Shown: one piece after another, positions 59,975 through 64,000 of the stretch
Numbering within the stretch: position 1 is the stretch's first letter
Layout of the letters: each line of letters opens with the position of its first letter
NCBI GenBank assembly: GCA_964608615.1
Contig: CAZSQG010000005.1
Coordinates: 23,651 to 87,650, forward strand
From: an uncultured Marinilabiliaceae bacterium
GTDB taxonomy: Bacteria; Bacteroidota; Bacteroidia; Bacteroidales; Marinilabiliaceae
DNA length: 64,000 nt
Direction: 5' to 3'
Made by a program: the position numbers and the translations under genes
The notes under the pieces: model-generated
Seen by the model: the letters and a program-made list of their open reading frames with translations, nothing else
Databases searched by the model: none
What the model was told of the DNA's origin: nothing

Positions 59975-60970
59975 ATGAATAATAATAGTGTGTGGATAAA
60001 AGCAGGATATGTTACGGATGAAATTCCGGAAACAATAAATCTGGTTGAAGAGATTGAGAAATTAAAGAAAGAAAAAAACGCCGTAATTATGGCGCATTAT
60101 TATCAGATTAAAGAAATACAGGATATAGCCGATTTTGTTGGAGATAGTCTTGCATTGGCCCAACTGGCTACGAAAACAAATGCTGATATTATTTTGTTGG
60201 CAGGTGTTTTATTTATGGGTGAAACAGCTAAGATATTATCACCCGAGAAAAAAGTAATTATTCCAGATTTAAATGCAGGTTGTTCACTTGCCGATAGTTG
60301 TCCCAGTGATGAATTTGAGAAATTTGTGAAAAAATATCCTGATCACGTGGTAGTTACGTATGTTAATACTACTGCTGCTGTAAAGGCCTTATCTGATATT
60401 GTTGTAACTAGCACAAATGCTTTAGGAATAATTAATAGTATACCAATTGATAGGAAGATACTTTTTGGTCCCGATAGAAATCTTGGTAATTATTTAAAGA
60501 GCTTAAGTGGAAGAAATATGGTTTTATGGGATGGAGCTTGTCATGTACATGAGAAATTTTCGGTAGAGAAAATTATTGAATTGAAAAGGATTCATCCTAA
60601 GGCCGAAATTATTGCACATCCTGAATGTAAAAAACCATTATTATTGTTAGCCGATTTTGTTGGAAGTACTGCTGCTATGCTTAAATATTCAATTGAATCG
60701 GAAAAAAATGAGTTTATTGTAGCTACTGAATCAGGGATATTACATCAAATGGAAAAGGCTGCACCCGATAAAAAGTTTATTGCTGCTCCTCCACTAGATT
60801 CAACATGTGGATGCAATGATTGTGAATTTATGAAGCTTAATACTTTAAAAAAAATTTATTTGTCGTTAAAAAATGAGTTTCCACTAATTGAAATTGATGA
60901 GGATTTAAGAAAAAGGGCTCTTGTTCCTATTGAGAGGATGCTTTCTATCTCAAAGGAATTGAAACTATAG
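59975..60970 (+). CDS. nadA: Quinolinate synthase
   Basis: The family pattern AHYYQ....IADFVGDSL...A is present, along with the Cys ligands and HPEC. Length is 331 aa. Confidence 0.93.
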   Translation: MNNNSVWIKAGYVTDEIPETINLVEEIEKLKKEKNAVIMAHYYQIKEIQDIADFVGDSLALAQLATKTNADIILLAGVLFMGETAKILSPEKKVIIPDLNAGCSLADSCPSDEFEKFVKKYPDHVVVTYVNTTAAVKALSDIVVTSTNALGIINSIPIDRKILFGPDRNLGNYLKSLSGRNMVLWDGACHVHEKFSVEKIIELKRIHPKAEIIAHPECKKPLLLLADFVGSTAAMLKYSIESEKNEFIVATESGILHQMEKAAPDKKFIAAPPLDSTCGCNDCEFMKLNTLKKIYLSLKNEFPLIEIDEDLRKRALVPIERMLSISKELKL

Positions 60971-61059
60971 GAATAATTGTTTTTGTAATTTGTATATTTG
61001 AATTTTGCTTTTGAAAGTAATACACTTTATTTATTTTATTAGGTTGTAATAATTTTTGC

Positions 61060-61446
61060 ATGAATGGATTATCTTTACTTTTAGTTGAAGACAATATTCT
61101 TAATCAAAAATTGATTTTTTTAAACCTTGTTAAATTCGGGTTTAATATTGATATTGCTAATAATGGTTTAGAGGCAATTGAAAAGTTTAAAGAAAGAAAA
61201 TATAGTATTATTCTTATGGATTTGATGATGCCCGTTATGGACGGTATTGATGCCACAAAGGAAATTAGAGAATTGGAAAATTGTAATGGTGGCCATACTC
61301 CAATAGTAGGTCTTACTGCCAATACATATGATGCAGATAGGGAAAAATGTCTGGCAAGTGGAATGGATGAATTTATGACAAAACCGTTCGACATAGAAAT
61401 TTTTCAAAGTATTGTAAAAGAGCTTGGCATTGAAATTAGTAATTAA
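61060..61446 (+). CDS. Single-domain response regulator (receiver only)
   Basis: LLVEDN, IILMDLMMPVMDG, GLTAN and MTKPF are present. Length is 128 aa. Confidence 0.85.
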   Translation: MNGLSLLLVEDNILNQKLIFLNLVKFGFNIDIANNGLEAIEKFKERKYSIILMDLMMPVMDGIDATKEIRELENCNGGHTPIVGLTANTYDADREKCLASGMDEFMTKPFDIEIFQSIVKELGIEISN

Positions 61447-61460
61447 TGCCTTATAATTGA

Positions 61461-62480
61461 ATGAGTATTGATATAAGAAAGCTTGACATAAGCATTAATG
61501 CTGATAAAGAGGTTGAGCAAAAGTTACGACCACTTTGTTTTCATGATTTTAAGGGCCAATATAAAACCGTTGAAAATCTGGAAATATTTGTAAAAGCTGC
61601 CTTGATGCGAGGTGATTCTTTGGATCACGTATTACTTCATGGACCTCCAGGACTAGGAAAAACTACGCTTTCATGTATTCTTGCAAACGAATTAAATGTT
61701 GGGTTTAAAGTTACAAGTGGTCCGGTATTAGACAAACCTGGTGACTTGGCTGGAATATTAACAAGCCTGGAAACTAATGATGTATTGTTTATTGATGAAA
61801 TACATCGTTTAAGTCCTGTTGTTGAAGAATATCTTTATTCAGCTATGGAAGATTTCAGGATTGATATAGTTATTGATAAAGGTCCTGGTGCTAAGTCTAT
61901 TCAAATTGATTTAAATCCCTTTACATTAATTGGTGCAACCACTCGTAGTGGTTTGTTAACTAGTCCTTTAAGAGCAAGATTTGGGATTAATTGTCATCTT
62001 GAGTATTATGATAGTGATATACTATCTGGAATAATTGAAAGATCTTCGAAAATTTTGAATGCTCCAATTAATTCAATTGCTGCTGGTGAAATTGCACGAA
62101 GAAGTAGGGGAACACCTAGAATTGCTAATGCTTTGTTAAGAAGGGTTAGAGATTTTGCTATGGTTAAAGGAAATGGTTTTATTGATTTGGAAATCACTAA
62201 ATACTCATTAAAAGCATTAAATATTGACGAATATGGTTTAGATGAGATGGATCATAAAATATTGTTAACCTTGATAGATAAATTTCAAGGTGGACCAGTT
62301 GGATTGAATACCATTTCTACTGCGATTGGAGAAGATTCGGGAACTATTGAGGAAGTTTATGAACCTTTTTTAATTAAGGAAGGATTTTTAAAAAGAACAC
62401 CGCGCGGACGAGTTGTCACAGCATTGGCATATAGTCATTTTGGTAGAGATTTAGGAACTTTTCAAAACACATTGTTTTAA
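61461..62480 (+). CDS. ruvB: Holliday junction branch migration DNA helicase RuvB
   Basis: Walker A is GPPGLGKTT and Walker B is LFIDEIHRL. The sensor motif and [16 protein letters not shown] are also present. Confidence 0.97.
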   Translation: MSIDIRKLDISINADKEVEQKLRPLCFHDFKGQYKTVENLEIFVKAALMRGDSLDHVLLHGPPGLGKTTLSCILANELNVGFKVTSGPVLDKPGDLAGILTSLETNDVLFIDEIHRLSPVVEEYLYSAMEDFRIDIVIDKGPGAKSIQIDLNPFTLIGATTRSGLLTSPLRARFGINCHLEYYDSDILSGIIERSSKILNAPINSIAAGEIARRSRGTPRIANALLRRVRDFAMVKGNGFIDLEITKYSLKALNIDEYGLDEMDHKILLTLIDKFQGGPVGLNTISTAIGEDSGTIEEVYEPFLIKEGFLKRTPRGRVVTALAYSHFGRDLGTFQNTLF

Positions 62481-62484
62481 TTTT

Positions 62485-63963
62485 ATGGGTGGAAACTTAA
62501 AAGTACTTGCCGGTGAAACTATAGTTTATGGTGTTAGTACAATGGTTGGACGTTTACTAAATTGGCTATTAATGCCTTTTTATATTCGCACACTTTTGCC
62601 TGATGAGTATGGTGTGATCGTTAATATGTACGGTATAATTTCCATATTACTAGTTGTTTTTACTTATGGATTAGAGACAGGTTTTTTCAGGTTTTCCAGA
62701 AAGGGCGAGCAAGCTGATGTTTTTAAAACATCTCTTGTTTTGATTGGAAGTACAAGTTTATTATTGATTATATTAACTGGTATTAGTGCTAATAATATTA
62801 GTAGTTTTTTTTATAATGGTTTTTATAAGAACTCACTTATTCTGGTAAGTATTATCGTTGCATTCGATTGTTTTTTAGCTATTCCTTTTTCTAATCTACG
62901 TTTGAATAATAAAGCCATTAAGTTTGGTATTTTTAAGATTACCAATATTATTTTGAACATTTTTTTTAATTTGGTTTTCCTTTTATTGATGCCTTATTTA
63001 ATTAAACATCATTATATTAGTGATTACTGGACTAGTTTATATAATAGTGGAAATGGAGTTTTTTATGTTTTACTAAGCAATGCTTTTAGTAGTGTTATTA
63101 CTTTATTTCTTTTTATAGGAGAATTTAAGAATCTTAAAGGTGTTTTTGATTATAGTTTATTAGTTAAATTATTAAGGTATTCATGGCCTGTTTTAATTGT
63201 GGGAATAACAGGAATGATTGTTCAAAATAGTGATAAAGTAATGATGCCAAAGCTTATTGGAAAAGATGGGTTTAAAGAGTTAGCTGTTTATGGAGCTAAC
63301 TTTAAAATTGGTGTTTTGATGAGTTTATTTACACAATCATTCCGTTTTGCATTTGAACCTTATTTTTTTAAAAATCAGGATAAAGGAAAAGAGTCGTACG
63401 CAAGAATTATGGAGTATTATGTTTTTTTTGGAGTATTTATTTTTCTTGGAGTGACATTGTTTTTGGATGTCATAAATATCATGCTAACAAAGGAATATTT
63501 ATATGGAAATATTGTTATTCCGTTTGTTTTGGTAGGACAGCTTTTTTATGGTATATATTTTAATTTATCTCTTTGGTATAAGTTGACAGATAAAACTATT
63601 TATGGTGCAATTTTTGGTGTGTTAGGAACTTTAATTACTGTTTGTATCAATTTTATATTGATACCTAAATTTGGCATCATTGGTGGTGCGCTTGCAATAA
63701 TGATTGGTTATGGCGTAATGATGGTAATTTCTTATTTTGTGGGTCAAAAGTATTATGCTGTACCCTATTCCTTGAAAAAAATTGGATTGGTGGTTTTAGT
63801 TGGACTGCTTGTATATATTGTAGATGGAATGGTTTATTTTGATTATGTGATATATAGATTTATTTTTAAAGGAGTTATATTTGTTTCTTTTGTTTTTATT
63901 TTTTTGTTGATAAATGGAAATTTGAAGCTTAATAATGGGTTAAAATGGTTGAAATTAAGGTAA
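62485..63963 (+). CDS. Polysaccharide biosynthesis protein / oligosaccharide flippase (Wzx/MOP superfamily)
   Basis: 492 aa with about 12-14 TM helices. The N-terminus (G.TIVYG.S....RLLN.LL.PFY.R.L....YG) is typical of Bacteroidota flippase-like proteins. Confidence 0.75.
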   Translation: MGGNLKVLAGETIVYGVSTMVGRLLNWLLMPFYIRTLLPDEYGVIVNMYGIISILLVVFTYGLETGFFRFSRKGEQADVFKTSLVLIGSTSLLLIILTGISANNISSFFYNGFYKNSLILVSIIVAFDCFLAIPFSNLRLNNKAIKFGIFKITNIILNIFFNLVFLLLMPYLIKHHYISDYWTSLYNSGNGVFYVLLSNAFSSVITLFLFIGEFKNLKGVFDYSLLVKLLRYSWPVLIVGITGMIVQNSDKVMMPKLIGKDGFKELAVYGANFKIGVLMSLFTQSFRFAFEPYFFKNQDKGKESYARIMEYYVFFGVFIFLGVTLFLDVINIMLTKEYLYGNIVIPFVLVGQLFYGIYFNLSLWYKLTDKTIYGAIFGVLGTLITVCINFILIPKFGIIGGALAIMIGYGVMMVISYFVGQKYYAVPYSLKKIGLVVLVGLLVYIVDGMVYFDYVIYRFIFKGVIFVSFVFIFLLINGNLKLNNGLKWLKLR

Positions 63964-64000
63964 TTAATAAGAGCACAAATCCCTTACCTCAATTTAGCAC

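Overview
The window is a 64-kb chromosomal segment with a low-GC, Bacteroidota-like gene content. Supporting that assignment: a T9SS C-terminal sorting domain, a DUF4254 + GT9 heptosyltransferase pair, and a stand-alone atpDC pair. I support about 57 CDS. I saw no rRNA, tRNA, CRISPR array, integrase or transposase. Layout: (1) 1-7.1 kb holds rdgB, a beta-propeller T9SS cargo protein (PorZ-like), a 916-aa membrane-anchored repeat protein and an oxidoreductase. (2) 7.1-8.1 kb is a 1-kb non-coding stretch with inverted repeats and hairpins. (3) 8.1-26.6 kb holds envelope and LPS/polysaccharide genes, including a visibly GC-richer amino-sugar cassette (14.6-19.8 kb) and a glycosyltransferase-like gene interrupted by one in-frame TAA. 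(4) 26.8-32.3 kb holds atpDC and a tightly linked polyprenyl synthase + MMPL/HpnN-like exporter. (5) 32.8-56.4 kb is the most interesting part, a co-directional, tightly packed array of 22 genes. It begins with a complete Che-type chemosensory core: MCP, STAS, CheY, free Hpt, CheA, 2x CheW, CheR, an H-box-degenerate histidine kinase, CheD and CheB. Three paralogous GAF sensors and an orphan CheR / degenerate CheR / REC-less CheB trio follow. The array ends with a SiaA/SiaB/SiaC-like phospho-Thr partner switch that has no diguanylate cyclase partner, a 1022-aa ABCG-type transporter with TerB-like and FHA-like N-terminal modules, and two secreted unknowns. (6) 56.5-64 kb is housekeeping: rhodanese, hemW, VanZ, rpiB, nadA, an orphan REC, ruvB and a flippase. 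All calls rest on by-eye motif recognition in the supplied translations. No database search was run.
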